The translations under genes were made by a program, and so were the position numbers. The notes below the pieces were generated by a model that saw only the letters and a list, made by a program, of their open reading frames with translations, was not told the DNA's origin and did no database searches. This document shows positions 47,626-60,588 of a DNA stretch of 64,000 nt, in pieces (within the stretch, counting starts at the first letter, position 1; each line of letters opens with the position of its first letter). This stretch comes from Paramoeba atlantica (lineage: Eukaryota; Protista; Discosea): assembly GCA_977017575.1 (NCBI GenBank), contig CDRNVI010000156.1, forward strand, positions 310,001-374,000. The letters are read 5' to 3'.

Positions 47626-48434
47626 TCAATATTGAGATTGATGTTGGGGTTGAAGACGAACACAACCTGCAGGTTTGATATTCACACTTGGTTGATCAAT
47701 CTCACTCAAACGAATCATTTCTCCAACCACAGTCTTAAACAAATCTCCAAGACCACTTGAATCTTTGGAACTTGTTTCAAAATACCAATGTTCGAATTGA
47801 GAAAGATGTTGTTCAGTCCATTTGACCCCTTCTTCTCTTGATACTTTTCTTTCATGTTTCAAATCAGTTTTGTTTCCAACAACAGCAAAGTGTTTACATT
47901 CACCAAGAGAGGGGGAGATAGATGTGTGCCATCGATCCAAATTATGGAATGATTCACGTGAGGTGATATCAAAAAGATAGATCATAAAATCTGTTCCTCT
48001 CACATACGTTCGTGTGAGACTTTGGTATTTTTCTTCTCCTGCTGTGTCCCAAAGCTGTGAATGAAGTGTTCAGTTTTTTTTCTTTTTTTCTTTCGATTCT
48101 GTTTTTTTCAAATGGGTTGAATGAAACAACATAATTCAACCTGGAGTTTTATGGATTGATTTTCACTTAATTGAATTTCTTTTAAATGAAAGTCTCCACC
48201 AATTGTAGCTTTGTTTTCTTCATCAAACTCATGGTGAAGATACTGTCGGAGTAAAGCTGTTTTTCCAACTCTTGAAGTTTTTTGATTTTTCTTTCAGAAC
48301 CCAAAAACAAAAAAACAAAAAAAAAGGAGAACGAACCCAGAATCACCAAGAAGACAAATTTTGAAGCTATTTTTTGGAACAATAAGAAGAGGTTCTTCTC
48401 TTCTACTCCGTCCACTCCCGCCACCACAACACAT
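47626..48434 (-). CDS. Rab-like GTPase copy 2, N-terminal MCCGG, no C-terminal prenylation motif
   Basis: FKICLLGDSGVGKTALL..ATIGGDF..KLQ / LWDTAG / YLFDITSRESF..VGNKTDL..FETSSK..VNIKPAGCVRLQPQHQSQY*. Confidence 0.85.
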
Positions 48435-48636
48435 TCTCACCCACAACCAAACGAAAGAGAGAACGAAAGCAAGTCTGCTCCTTTTCTCAATATCGCTTTT
48501 TTGTATTTTTTTCAGGCTTTATTTTTGTCTTTTCTAATAATCAAAAAAACTCCAATCCCTTTCTCTCTTTTTTTTTTCGTTTTTTTCGGTTCAGTCTTTC
48601 TTTCTTGGCGGTTCCAGTTTTCCCTTTTATTCGTTG

Positions 48637-50049
48637 ATGAGTTTCCTTCTCGTTCTCTTCATTGGGTTCTCTCTCCAGAATCCATATATCTCAGAACCAG
48701 ATGGTCTTGATTTGAATTTTTGTTGTGTCAAATGACAAACTCCTCTGATTATTTTGTCAGGGTATGATTACTGCCAGGCCTCTTTCGATACCCAAAAGGA
48801 AACGCAACGAATTCAAAATCGGCTCGATTCTGGGCTCTCTTTAGTTCAAGTTCAAATTCTGACTCGACATGGTGATCGTTCTCCCATTCATTGGTTTCGC
48901 TCTCCTGTTTACAACGACACAGCCATTTGGAACTGCAAAATCGATCGGCTGAGTTACGAGAATTATGAAAATAGATACACCACACAAAATCGTCTTACTT
49001 CAGAACGGTTTATGCCAGGACGCCAAGCCAATCTTGGGAACTGTGGCCTTGGGTCCTTGACTCAGAAAGGAGCAAACCAACATATTCAAAATGGGGAACT
49101 GTTCCGAACGATGTATGTCGATACCGCGAAGTTTCTCTCTGAGAAATGGGATGACAAATCGGTGTATGTCCGAAGCGGTGATGAGATTCGGCTGGTGGAA
49201 TCAGCTCAATCCATTCTTGTTGGTCTCTATCCTCCTCAAAAAGACAATCCAATCGAACAGCGCCAAAATATTGATCTCATTGATTCGAGTTTTGATAATA
49301 TGAAGCCATCAATCATCGATGTTTGTCCTTTGGGTTCCGATATTAAAAAAGGATCGTATGAGACTCCTGCATGGAAAAACTTTTCTGTGTATGATGATAA
49401 TGTCACTGAACAACTGTGTGATATTTTCGAAACGAGTGTGACCATTAACATGATTAATGACCAAATTAAAGCGCGGAGCTGTCATGACTTCGACGTCACC
49501 TTTGGGGGTCTCTTATCTCAAGATATGATTGATGAAGTTCAACAGCTTTCTCTCTATGATTTTATTTTCTTTCCAAATCGAACTTGGGCGAATCGTTATG
49601 GGATTGGTTCCTTTCTTGGAGAAATGTTGGGTTATTTCGATCAAAAGGTGGCAAACAGGAATGACTTTAAGTTTATTCTTTTTTCTGGTCACGATAACTC
49701 TGTTTGGCCTCTGTTAAATTCGTTAAATCTCTTTGATGGTCTCTGGCCCCCTTTGGCATCACATGTTGTTTTTGAATTTTGGACCAATGAACAGCATGAG
49801 TTTTTTGTGGAGATTATTTATAATGGGAGATCACTTACAAGTTATTTAGATGGATGTGGTGGTGTTGATTCTTGTCCCTATACCACTTTTAAAAATATTA
49901 CCCGACCCGTGGCTCTGAATCTTGATGAATTTTGGAAAGAATGTTCTCTTCCCTCGAGAAGGAAAGGAAAAGTGTTCAACAACTACCAATTTCCCTTTTT
50001 TGTCTCTTCCCAAAAACCTAATCTTCGATCTTTATCTTTTCTCTGGTAA
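48637..50049 (+). CDS. Histidine acid phosphatase (lysosomal/secreted type); 3' end uncertain
   Basis: Signal-peptide exon MSFLLVLFIGFSLQ; catalytic RHGDRSP and SGHDNS. Confidence 0.9.
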
Positions 50050-50508
50050 ACCAAACCAAACCAAATGTAAATAAGGAAATCCTTTACAGCTTCAAAAACA
50101 CCTCGCTCTCAATCTCTCTCAACCAAACTTGAAAAAAACTTGAAACCAAATGTAAACCAACAAGGAATTCCCCACCTTTCTCATTCTGATGCACTAGATT
50201 TAGCTCTCGAATCATTCTTCATTCAAAATCCGATGCTTCACGACTTGAGAACCTGCAGGTTCTTCACTCTCCATATTCTTTCGTTCTTGGAAGATCGTCA
50301 CACCCAATGCATCTTCACCCTTTTCACTTTTACCTTTTCTCGTTTTGCTTTTGGCTTTTGTGCTTTCTTTTCTCTTTCTCATTTTCGAAAAGGCGGGATC
50401 TGAGAATCTCAAAACAGATAATTCTAAAAAAGGGAAATTTATGTTTTGTTTCCGCGCAGGTTTTTTTTTCTGAGTTGGTCCAGTTTTTGGTTTTTTCCAA
50501 GACGCTGA

Positions 50509-53500
50509 ATGGCTTCCTGGGTTCGCGCGGACTCAGCAGATTTACTATCAAAGGAGATGAAATCATCTGGAGAGAAAAACTCAAAAGACAGTTACAAAGT
50601 CTCACTCTGTCTTGTTGATGGGAGTACCGCTATTCAGACGATCACAAGAGCAAAGTCTTTGAAGGATCCGAATACCTTTGGGTTGGTCGAAGAAGGTGGT
50701 GCTGCTACTTCTGAGTTGGAATTACATTGGGATGTTCCTCGAAAGACTTATTTTAGAAAGGTTTCTCTTCTCTTCTCTCTTTTTTTTTGGTTTTTCAAAA
50801 TAAAAATTGGTACAAAAAAAATGCAAATAGGGATCTGATTCTCTTCGGATCTTCATCATTAAAAGGCATGATGGTCGAGATGCAATCTTTGGAGAGGTAA
50901 TACTCTTCTTCTTGTTTTCTTTTTCGCTCTCTCGCTTCTCTCTCTCTCTCTCTCTCTTTTTCTCTAAGAGTCGGGGTGATAGGTGAATATTAAGATGGCG
51001 AAAGTTCCTTTTGATCGAGAATTTTCTGTCGATATCAAGAGTGGTTCTGAGGTTCTTTTTCCTTCCTTCTCTTTTGTTCTCTGTTCTGGTAAATATTTTT
51101 TTTCCCCAAGCTTGTTGGATATGTAACTCTCTCATTTTCGAGTGGAGATATCAAACAAAAGAAGGCAAAACTGGAGAAACAAGAAAAGACCAAACCTGGT
51201 TTGATTCTTTTTGACAAGGAAAAAAACACTCTTCAAATCTTCTCATTTTTGAACTAACCTTTCTCGTTAGAGAGAAAAAGAGAGAAAGAAATACGAGGTG
51301 GGGGGAGCAATAGCAGTGGGAGTGGTGGTAGTTTTGGTGGTCCAAATAGGAGTGCTAGTTCTGGTCCAAGTGCTGCTGAAGAGGGAAAAGAGTTAGATGA
51401 AGATCTCAAGGAATTGAAGAAAGCTTTGAATTCAAAGAAGAAAAGTTTTTCGAAGAAAATGACTCAAAGAATTAAAGATGCTTCTTTATGTGGAGGGACA
51501 GAGCAGGTTTTTTTCTTTTTCTTTTTTATTCTTTTTTTTTGGGGGGGAAGAACAAAAGACAATTTCTTCTTTTCTATTTTTATCTTCTTTAAAAAATGTC
51601 TATTAAGTTGGATCTGAGTGAAATGAACTTGGAACTCTTTCCTGCTGCTTCTGCAATCATTGACCCTCTTCCAACATCTGTGAAGGAGCTTGATGCCTCG
51701 TTCGTTTTCTGATTTCTTTATTTTTATTTTTTACTTTTTCTTCTTTTCACTCTGCAAAGATGTCATCCATTAAACCAATTCTACTATGGCAGATTTAATC
51801 AGATTGTTTTGACACCAGACTTTTCCATTTTTTCGAATCTGACGACCTTGAACTTGAATGGAAACAAACTTACAAGAGTCTCTTTGTTATTTCGCTCTCT
51901 CGTTCTTTTCTTTTGACTAAATAGTTTATTTTAGCTTTCCTCTGTCATTGGTTTGGCGACAAGTTTGACTGAATTAAGTCTCATTGGGAATCAACTTGTG
52001 AGTGTCTCAAAGCAAATCAGGAAAATCAAAAATTTAGAAAAAGTTTTTTTTTCTTTTAATTTCTCTTTTTTTTTTCTTTCTTTATCTTGGTTTTTTTTTT
52101 GTTCTGACAAAAATGAGTAGTTAAACCTGTCAAACAATAATTTAGAAGAGTTGGATTTGATGGGTCTTCCTCGAATGGATGATTTAAATGTTTCTGGGAA
52201 TCGTTTGAAAGCTATTCCTTGGGGAATGCGCACGATGGAACTTCTCACAACTTTTGATATTTCTGGGTATGTTTGAGACGTTTTTTTGATCAAGATAGAG
52301 GATTAAAATTGGAAATTTGTTCCTCCTTTTTTAAATTTTCAATTAAAAAATAGGAATCAAGTCCCCCATTTATCGAGTGATATTTGTGGGTGTACTAGAT
52401 TAATTGAGCTCAATGTAGCATCAAACAAACTCGAAAAATTGCCGGATGGGATTGGCAATTTAACTCGAGTCTGCACATTAAATATTGCCGATAATAGGTT
52501 CAGATATATTTTGATTTCTGTGTCATCTTTTTTTATGCCCAATTTCGAATTCGATTTATTTTTTATTTCTTTTTTTTTTAATTCCCGTGAGAGTTGACTT
52601 TTTTTTTAGAGTTTCAGATTTGCCATATTCTATTGGTAAGCTCCCACTCTCATATTTTGATATTTCACGAAACCCCATTAAAGACCCAAAAATTATTGAA
52701 AAATTCAAAATTGGAACTGATCATCTCCAATCTTACTTGGAGTTGAGAGGGGATCTTGCGGCAAGTGATCAAAAGCGCCAAAGAAAAATTGAACAGCAGA
52801 CAGCAAAGAGGGAACCTTCACCCCCACGAAAGCGCCCTGAGAAATCAAAGAAAGATGGTTTAGCAAAAAGAAAAAACCCTGAAATTCGGTTGTCTCATGA
52901 AGGTTCGCTCTTTTTCTTCCTCTTTTTCTTCTTCGAAAAATCGAATCTCATATTTTGGGTTACAATCACTCCTCCCTCCTCTCCAAATTTCAGGAAGAAA
53001 CTCGCCAATGTCAAATAAGCCTCCTCCCCTACTCACAGTACCACAAAATACCAATTCTCCGACTCGTCGAACTTCTCCTTCACCTATTCGCCTCCCCCAG
53101 GGAAGTGGGAGCGCAGTTCCAGCTTCCCCAAGAAATCTTCCACCAAAGTCCCTTGCTGTGCCAGGTCCAAGAACCCCTCGAGCGAGGCCCTCATCATCCC
53201 ACTCAATTCCTGCATCTCCTCGTTCGCAAACTCCAGAACAACGGCTCCCTGTCCAGCAAATTTTGTCATCGTCTGCCGGCAATAAACCTCATTCAGCTCC
53301 TCATCTTCAAGTTGAATCACATGGACGTCCATCAAAGTTATCACAAGAGATTAACCCAAGGAATTTGAGTGGGGGTGGGAGTGTTGTCCCTCCTCCTTCT
53401 CCTCGAACCGTGAATGTTGATCAAGTTAAGCAAGTCATCGGGCTCTGTAAAGAGCATATGGGAACTGTTTTGCGAATTTCACGACATGTCAAGGTTGAAT

Positions 53501-54104
53501 TTTATTTACTTTCCCATAAAAATATTTCCCTTCTTTTGTTTGAAAGAAAAATGAAGAAAATTAAAAAATGGTCAATGACAGGCTGTTTTGGTGACATATT
53601 CATCGGTTCAACAACTTATGCAAATTGCTGGTCATCTCAAATTCAGCAAAGAGTCTTTTCGGGACTTGAAGCAATTGACACCTGTTCTTTACTCTTCTCA
53701 CTATTTTCCTTTCTTCATTCAATTTTCTGATGCTGTAAATTTAATGCAGGATCATTTAATTGTCTCTCCTCAAATTAACGCCCCAACGACAAGATTTGGG
53801 GAGCAATTTAACACTCTTCTTCGAACACTCTTGGTCTTATGCAATGAAATTGAGTCAGTAATAACTGCTCTTTCTCAGTATATCACTTCACTCACCAGGT
53901 TTTATTTTTGATCACATAAATCACATAAGGAGAGGGAGAAATCAACTTTTCTTCCTCTCTGACTCAACCCATTCTCACCAACTTCTTTTTAGAGAATATT
54001 TGACTGGAACAGGAGATCAGACCAAACTTCGTGTGGTTGTCCAAGCCGGGAAGCTCACTCGCACTCTTGCACAATCACTTCAACCACTTGACCAAATAAA
54101 TTAA
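50509..54104 (+). CDS. C2-like N-terminus + leucine-rich repeats + Pro/Ser-rich linker + C-terminal helical domain
   Basis: LTTLNLNGNKL, LNLSNNNLEEL, LNVSGNRLKAIP, LNVASNKLEKLPDGIGNLT. Final exon EYLTGTGDQ..DQIN*. Confidence 0.78.
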
Positions 54105-54692
54105 TATTGTTTAGAATCAAACCAAACTTTGAAATTGAAAGAGAACAAAATCAAATCGAAGACCCAAAACGGAGTTTTTCTGAAGACAAAATTTTGGATC
54201 AAAAGTACACCTTTCTTTTTTGCGTTTTGGGAGTTGTGTTCGTTCTCTGTCTTTGGGCGTTTGGGAGACTTTCCTGAACTCTCAGCAGATTGAATGAATT
54301 TTAAGCTTGATGAAAACCAACCCCTGACTTTTTCTTCGAAGTTTTGTCACCAACCAAAACAGAAAAGAGACAACAAAACTAAAATTTAACAGCACAAAAA
54401 GAACAAAGTATCAAAAAAGAAGAAATTTTGAACAGACTGCTCGAAAGAGAAGATTCTCGAAAAAAGAATTGGCAAGCAAAAAAAAACGGGGTTCAGACGA
54501 AACTCATGCAAGTTTTATCCTTCCCCCAGAATTAAGAATGAGAGATAAACTAAACAGGAAATTGGGACCTGAAAAACCAAATTTTTTTTGTTCCCGAAAG
54601 TTAGATGTGGGATCAAAAAATCTTTTTGTTTTTTTTTCTGTTTTTTGTGGTTCAAGTTTGGTGTTGAAAGTTTGGGTTTTGAAGTTGCAACG

Positions 54693-56388
54693 ATGGGCCC
54701 TGGTGATCTTCTTGGCGGGTGTCGCAGGTTTCTTTCTGTTCTTTTCCTTTGATTAATCTTTCTTTTCTTTCTTTTTGATCTCTCGTTTTGAAGGATGATT
54801 CATTGGGGACCAATGGTCGCACTTTTCACCACAGGCTACATCTACCTTATTGCTGTTCTCGACTTGTTGGATGAACCTCTCACAGGTTCTCTCTCTCTCT
54901 ATCTCTCTTTGGTTTTTGAATCAGAAAAACTGATGCAAAACTCTGTAGGTTCAAGTTTTGTTGATTTCATCATTTTCTCTTTGATGGAATTTCGGGTTCT
55001 TTCTTGTTTCTTTCTCGCTGTTTTCAAACATCCAGGTTTTCTTTTTTCATTTCTCTTGGGCAAAAAATACAAGACTTGGATCTGAAAAATTCTCATCTCA
55101 TTCCAGGAAATGTGGATTGTGGTTGGCCTGAGCGCTCGCCAAACCTTGCAAGTTCTCATCTCCGTGTTTGCCAGGTTCTTTTTTACCGTCCTCTTGTCTT
55201 CTTTTCTCAAAACTGATCGGAAAAGTGATAATCTTGAATAAAAATGAAAGGTTTGTCAAGTTTTACAACCTCCTCGAACTCATCATTGTCGAAGTTGTGG
55301 AAGATGTGTCAAAAAAAGAGATCATCATTGTCCTTGGTTTGTTGCTTTCTCTTTTATCTCTTCTCTTTTCCTCTTCCTCTCGTTTTTATCTCTCACCATC
55401 TTTTTGATCGTAGGATTAATAATTGTGTTGGGTTAGAAAATGAGGTTTTGAAAAGAGATTTTTCATTTTTGTTTTGTGTTTTTTTATTGATTTGAAATTT
55501 TTCTGTAGAGAGCATTTTTCTTCTTTGTGACCTCAGCAGCAATCGTTTGTTTCATTATGTTTTTTTGGCTTTTTTGGAGTATGTGGGTTGACGAATCTGT
55601 TGGCCTTGTCTGTTTTTTCTCTTGTATTGTCCCAGTGAAGAGAAAAGGAAATCCTCAGGTCAACCTTTCAATTCTATTAAAAATTATGTAACAAAAAATT
55701 GAGTTTGGAATGACAGAGATTTGCGATGTGTCGGTGTTGGAAGGTATTTCGGATGGTCCTTGCTTGGATTCTTTCTGGTATTACTTCCTTGGCAACTGGA
55801 AACCTTGCTTTTGCATTTTACCAATCTATCAAAAAGAATACAACACTTATTGAAGAATGGATGCTCGATGTTAATAATTTCCTTTCTCTCTCTCTTTTTC
55901 AAAAAAAAGAATTCTTAAAACTCTTATTTCAGGACTACAAAAAAATGAAAAAGATTAAAACACCAATTCAATGTCCTTATGATCTTGGAGTGAAGACGAA
56001 CTGGACTCAATTTGTTGGAACAAATCCATTTGTTTGGATTCTTCCAATCTTTTCTCACGAATTAGATGGTTTGACATGGCCTGTAAGAGAAGGGACAGCA
56101 CAGTATTATATGGATGATATTCGGAAAGAATTAACTGAGGGATCTTTTCGAAACGTTTCTTTTTCTTTTTCTTTTTTTAATTTCTCATTTTTAAATTTCT
56201 TTTTTTTTTTTTTCAAGATGGGATGTGAGGAAAAAAAACATGAGTCCTCTTGCAATGAACAAGAGGTCAATAAAAAGGGACAAGAGAAAGAGAAAGAGAA
56301 AGAAGGTCAAGCACGAGTTTTGGATGATGAACATGCTGGTGGACCTCCTCTCCCTTCAGTTGAAAAGGAAAGAAAAAAACATTTCTAA
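54693..56388 (+). CDS. DHHC palmitoyltransferase (ZDHHC6-like N-terminus)
   Basis: IHWGP; [37 protein letters not shown]; NTTLIE; PYDLG. Confidence 0.92.
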
Positions 56389-56480
56389 CAACTTTTGGAT
56401 AATGAGCAAAGAACAAAAAAAAAGGTTCTTCTCTCCCAAAACAACAAACAAAATTGCCTCATTCAAAAGAGTCAAATCTC

Positions 56481-59292
56481 TCATTTGGAAAACTGTTCCC
56501 TTTCCACACTCAATATTTTTTCGTACATATCCACGCCTCCAATCACAAAATCTTCAATATTATCGGTGGCAAGAACCATTCGATTGTGGCCATTTTCTTC
56601 ATTTAGTTGATCTCCCTCCTCTCTTAAATAGAGGAGGGAGGAAGCACTTACAATCACTCGCCCTTTTCGGTTTTCAATCACCCGATTAAGACAAACACAG
56701 ATTCCAAATCCAATTACTGAAATTGCAAAAGTGTAAGCCAAAAGGAATGTCCAAAAAAATTCCTTTTCTTCCCCAAAGATCAAGTCACTCAGCTGGGTGA
56801 GGAGAGAGAACAAACTCTCACCAGTTAACCAACCAAAGGCAATCAAGATAACTTCACCATGCGTTCTACCAAATCGAGTGTGAAAATAATTTGCTCGACT
56901 GACATAGTCAAACATTGCAGAGGTTAACCCAAGAAATACAAGAGAGAAAAGAAATTCTAAGCTGTGAAAAAAGAAAGATTAAAATGGTTCTTGAGTTTTC
57001 TTGTCGCTCCTTTCAAATCTTGAAAAAAAAGAAGAAAAAACCAGGCGAAAAAAAAATTGTTTGCAGGATTTTTTCCATTTTCCAATGGATCCCAAAGGGC
57101 ACTCCAGCACATCCAACCCCATGATCCAAGTACATAACCACAAGCCACCTCCAAGAGTTTGGTTTGTAGTGTGTATCGATATCCAATTTCAGCTTTCTGG
57201 TTTTATTGGATGGACGTGAGTCTCATGGAGAGAAAGACTAAAAGAAAGAAAAAAACAAACAGAGAGTCGGTTAAGATCTTTTCGACAGTTTCGTTTGATA
57301 ATTCCCCTCCCAATTGCAATGATAATTGTGATGAATACCATCAAAATGAGCAAAAATAAATACATGAGAATCACTGTGATCCAGTAAGTCGTAATCTTCT
57401 CGAACTATGGGGAAAAAGATTAAAAATGAAAGGGAAAAAATTCAATGGAAAAGAGAAGACCGTCATTCGAAAAGAAAAAGTCCAAAATTTTGCAGTTGCC
57501 ATCGAAATGGCCATGATTCCTAAAAGAACCATCCGCCGCCAGAGACCACGTAACTGTTACACAAATGATCAGCAAAGAAAAGAGAGGTTTTTAATTTTTT
57601 TTTCAAAGAAATTGAGTCTTCCAACCCTTTTTACAAGAAGATCAAGAAGCTTTGATATGATCCCAATTATGATGGTCAGAATACTTGCCACGAAATAGAA
57701 CACAGCAATTCGGTGAAAATTATCTTTTTCTGCGTTGAGAGTTGTAAAAAAAAAGATCTCTTGAGAAGATAAAGTAAGAGAACAAACCCATAAGGGCAAA
57801 TATGAAAGAGACAATCACATCAGCATAAGCCCAACCAATCATCATTCCAATCACCCCCTATTATTATTTTTCAAAAGAATTAAATATCATGTTTAAGAAA
57901 GAATTTTTCCAAAACAAATATTACCTTCGATCCACTAATTGACGTCAGACCAAAAACAGCTCTGTTATTTTATTAGAATTCGAAGAAAGAAGTAAGAAAT
58001 GAGAAAACAAACCGAGCAAATGAGACTTTATTTTCAAATCCACTGACTTGGTCTGGATTCGATTGGACAATGGAATCTTTCATTCTGACATGAACCATGT
58101 GACAGAAGACCAATAGAATAATCGAAATGAGAGTTAAAATAACTGACCAAAATTCCCAAATTAATTACTTCTCAGATCAAGCACACTTATAAAAGAGAGA
58201 GAAAGCAAACTTGCATAAGTAAGATAAATAGCAAAGAGGACCCAAGGGTCATGTTCCTCAGTATCATCAACAGTTCCCAATTCCAAAAGAGTTCGACTCC
58301 AGGATTCAGCAATAACAAGAGGAATAGCAGCAGCAAGAAGTTTTAAAAGATGAAGAATGAATGAATCTTGAATATATTGTTTGTGTTCATACATTTCATC
58401 GCATGAGAGGGGATTTCTTTCTGGAGTGGGTGGCAGATAACGCGAAGTTTGTTTTGGAGAAGGAGGTCTGGGAGAAGAAGAAGAAGACAAATCTTCCATG
58501 TCTTGAAAATTACCAGGATTTTTTACTTCTCCAACAACTTCATGGACCAAATCACCAACATCTTGGATCAAATCTGAGACATTTGTGGCAACTTGCATTG
58601 CTTTATCTTCCCAGAAAAAATGGTTATTCATCATAGAAGAATTATCATCGAAGAAAGAACCAACCTCGAACATATTGATCTGATTCTGAATTTTGAGGGA
58701 AAAGATTTGGGATAGAAGGAGGGTGGTCGGAAAAGGGATTGCCATTTGCCTCTTTTTCCAATTCTTCTTGATCAATTTTATCCATATCTAAGTTCAAATC
58801 TTCCATCTAAAAATCATGATTCATTCTCTCGAGAAGGCTTCAAACTTCAAAGACAAAAAGACAAAAAGCCAAAGAATTGATCCTCTAACCTGTTTTTGAA
58901 ACTCTCTTTTTGCTTGGACAGCAGATTCTTTTGCTGCATTTGCAGTTCCCCTTCATTGGTAAACAGGATCAACCAAAACTTTTTGAAAGAAAAGAGAAAA
59001 AAGAGAGAAAAAAAGAACCTGGCTCCTCTCATGAGTTGGTCCAAAGCGACCTCAGCCAATTCCGATTGGTAAGCTGCAAGAATGAAAGTAAGATCTTCAT
59101 TCCATTGATCAAAGAAGAACCCAAAAAAAGAGAGAGAAAGAGAGGACTTCCGGTTCGATCAACAACAACAAAATCATCATCATCCTCAGAACACTCTCGA
59201 TGTTGTGGGGAAGTTTTTCCTCTTTCAAATTCTTCATCCAAATCGACAGACTCAAATTGGGGAACAGATGTCGAATTTGGATGAGTCTCCAT
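56481..59292 (-). CDS. Multi-exon polytopic membrane protein of unrecognised family with acidic disordered N-terminus
   Basis: METHPNS.. exons splice in phase into LAAAIPLVIAESWSRTL, GMMIGWAYADVI and ILIAFGWLTGESLF hydrophobic segments. Confidence 0.6.
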
Positions 59293-59437
59293 CAAGGGAG
59301 AGAGATGAAAGGAGGAAAGAAAGCGAATCAAAGGAAGAGGAAAGAGAGAAAGACCTGAGAGAAGAGGAATTTTCAGCGAATTTTCGGGTTTTTGTGTGGT
59401 TTTCACTTTTTGTCTGTTACGACAATCATTTTGGGAG

Positions 59438-60287
59438 ATGGGGATTCTTGCCTCTAAGAAAAAAACAAACCCAGAACCAACAGTGGAGGATTGGCCAGAT
59501 GGAAAATGTAAAATTGTCATGGTTGGGGATGGTGCTGTTGGTTCTTTGTTTCTTTTTTTGAAATTTTGAATGATTTTCAAAATTAATCTTTTGAGCAAAG
59601 GAAAAACTTGTCTTGGAATTCGTTGTGTCACCGGAGAGTTTCCTGTTATTTATATTCCCACTGTTTGTGGTTGGTATCTTCTTTTGAATCTTTCGAATCA
59701 ATTGGCTGAGATAAATTATCAAACAGATAATTACCAAGTTGACGATAGAGATTATGGACCGTTTTCAGTTTGGGATACCGCTGGGCATGAAGATTATCCA
59801 AGGTTCAGTGAAGATTACATCTTTTATTTTATTTTCTTCCTTTGATTGTTCTAACAGCAGACTGCGCCTATTGTCGTATCTTCAGGCGAACTGTTTTTTG
59901 CTTTGTTTTTCTGTTGTTTCTCCCACATCACTCGATAACATCATCGCCAAGTGGGTGCCTGAGGTGAGAAATTTTCTCATTTCTTGGGTTCACTTGTTTT
60001 GAATTCGTTAAGAAACCTCTCAGGTTCAACATCATCGCCCAGAGGGGAGACTTCTTCTGGTTGGAACTAAATCTGACCTCCGAGAGGATCAGGAAACTCT
60101 TGAGTATTTAAGAAAACAAGGAAACACCCCTATTTCAAACAAAGACGCCCAAGCTTTCGCTGACAAACATAATCTCCCTTTCTTGGAATGTTCTTCTTTG
60201 ACTGGTGAAGGGGTGGAACAAATTTTTCGTGCTGCAACAGATGCCTCACCAGTTATTCGATTGGGACCAAAACGTGCACTCTCTTGA
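59438..60287 (+). CDS. Atypical Rac-like GTPase with N-myristoylation motif, no CAAX (copy 1)
   Basis: [59 protein letters not shown]. Confidence 0.88.
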
Positions 60288-60588
60288 ATTTGTCTTTTGG
60301 TTCACACACAAACCCTCTCTTTCGTCTTTTATTTTGGCCAAAATTTCCAAGACTCAAGAACAAAAAAACTCAACGAAAATTGGAATGAAAGAAATCTTTT
60401 CTGGCTTTCTGATCCGGTTTGCTCGTTTTGCAAAAATTATTTTTTTCCCGAAAATTTCCCAAATTGCTTGAGACGAAAAAAAAAGAACACAGAGATAGTC
60501 TATTTTCAATGTTTTTTATTTTTCTTTTTTTTTTTAAACCTTATCAAATAATAATCGATTTTTTTAAAATCCAATCTTGTTTTTATCC

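Noticed and set aside
50090-50270. Extra 3' exon for the acid phosphatase
   Set aside because: An open frame exists, but no in-phase splice donor could be identified.
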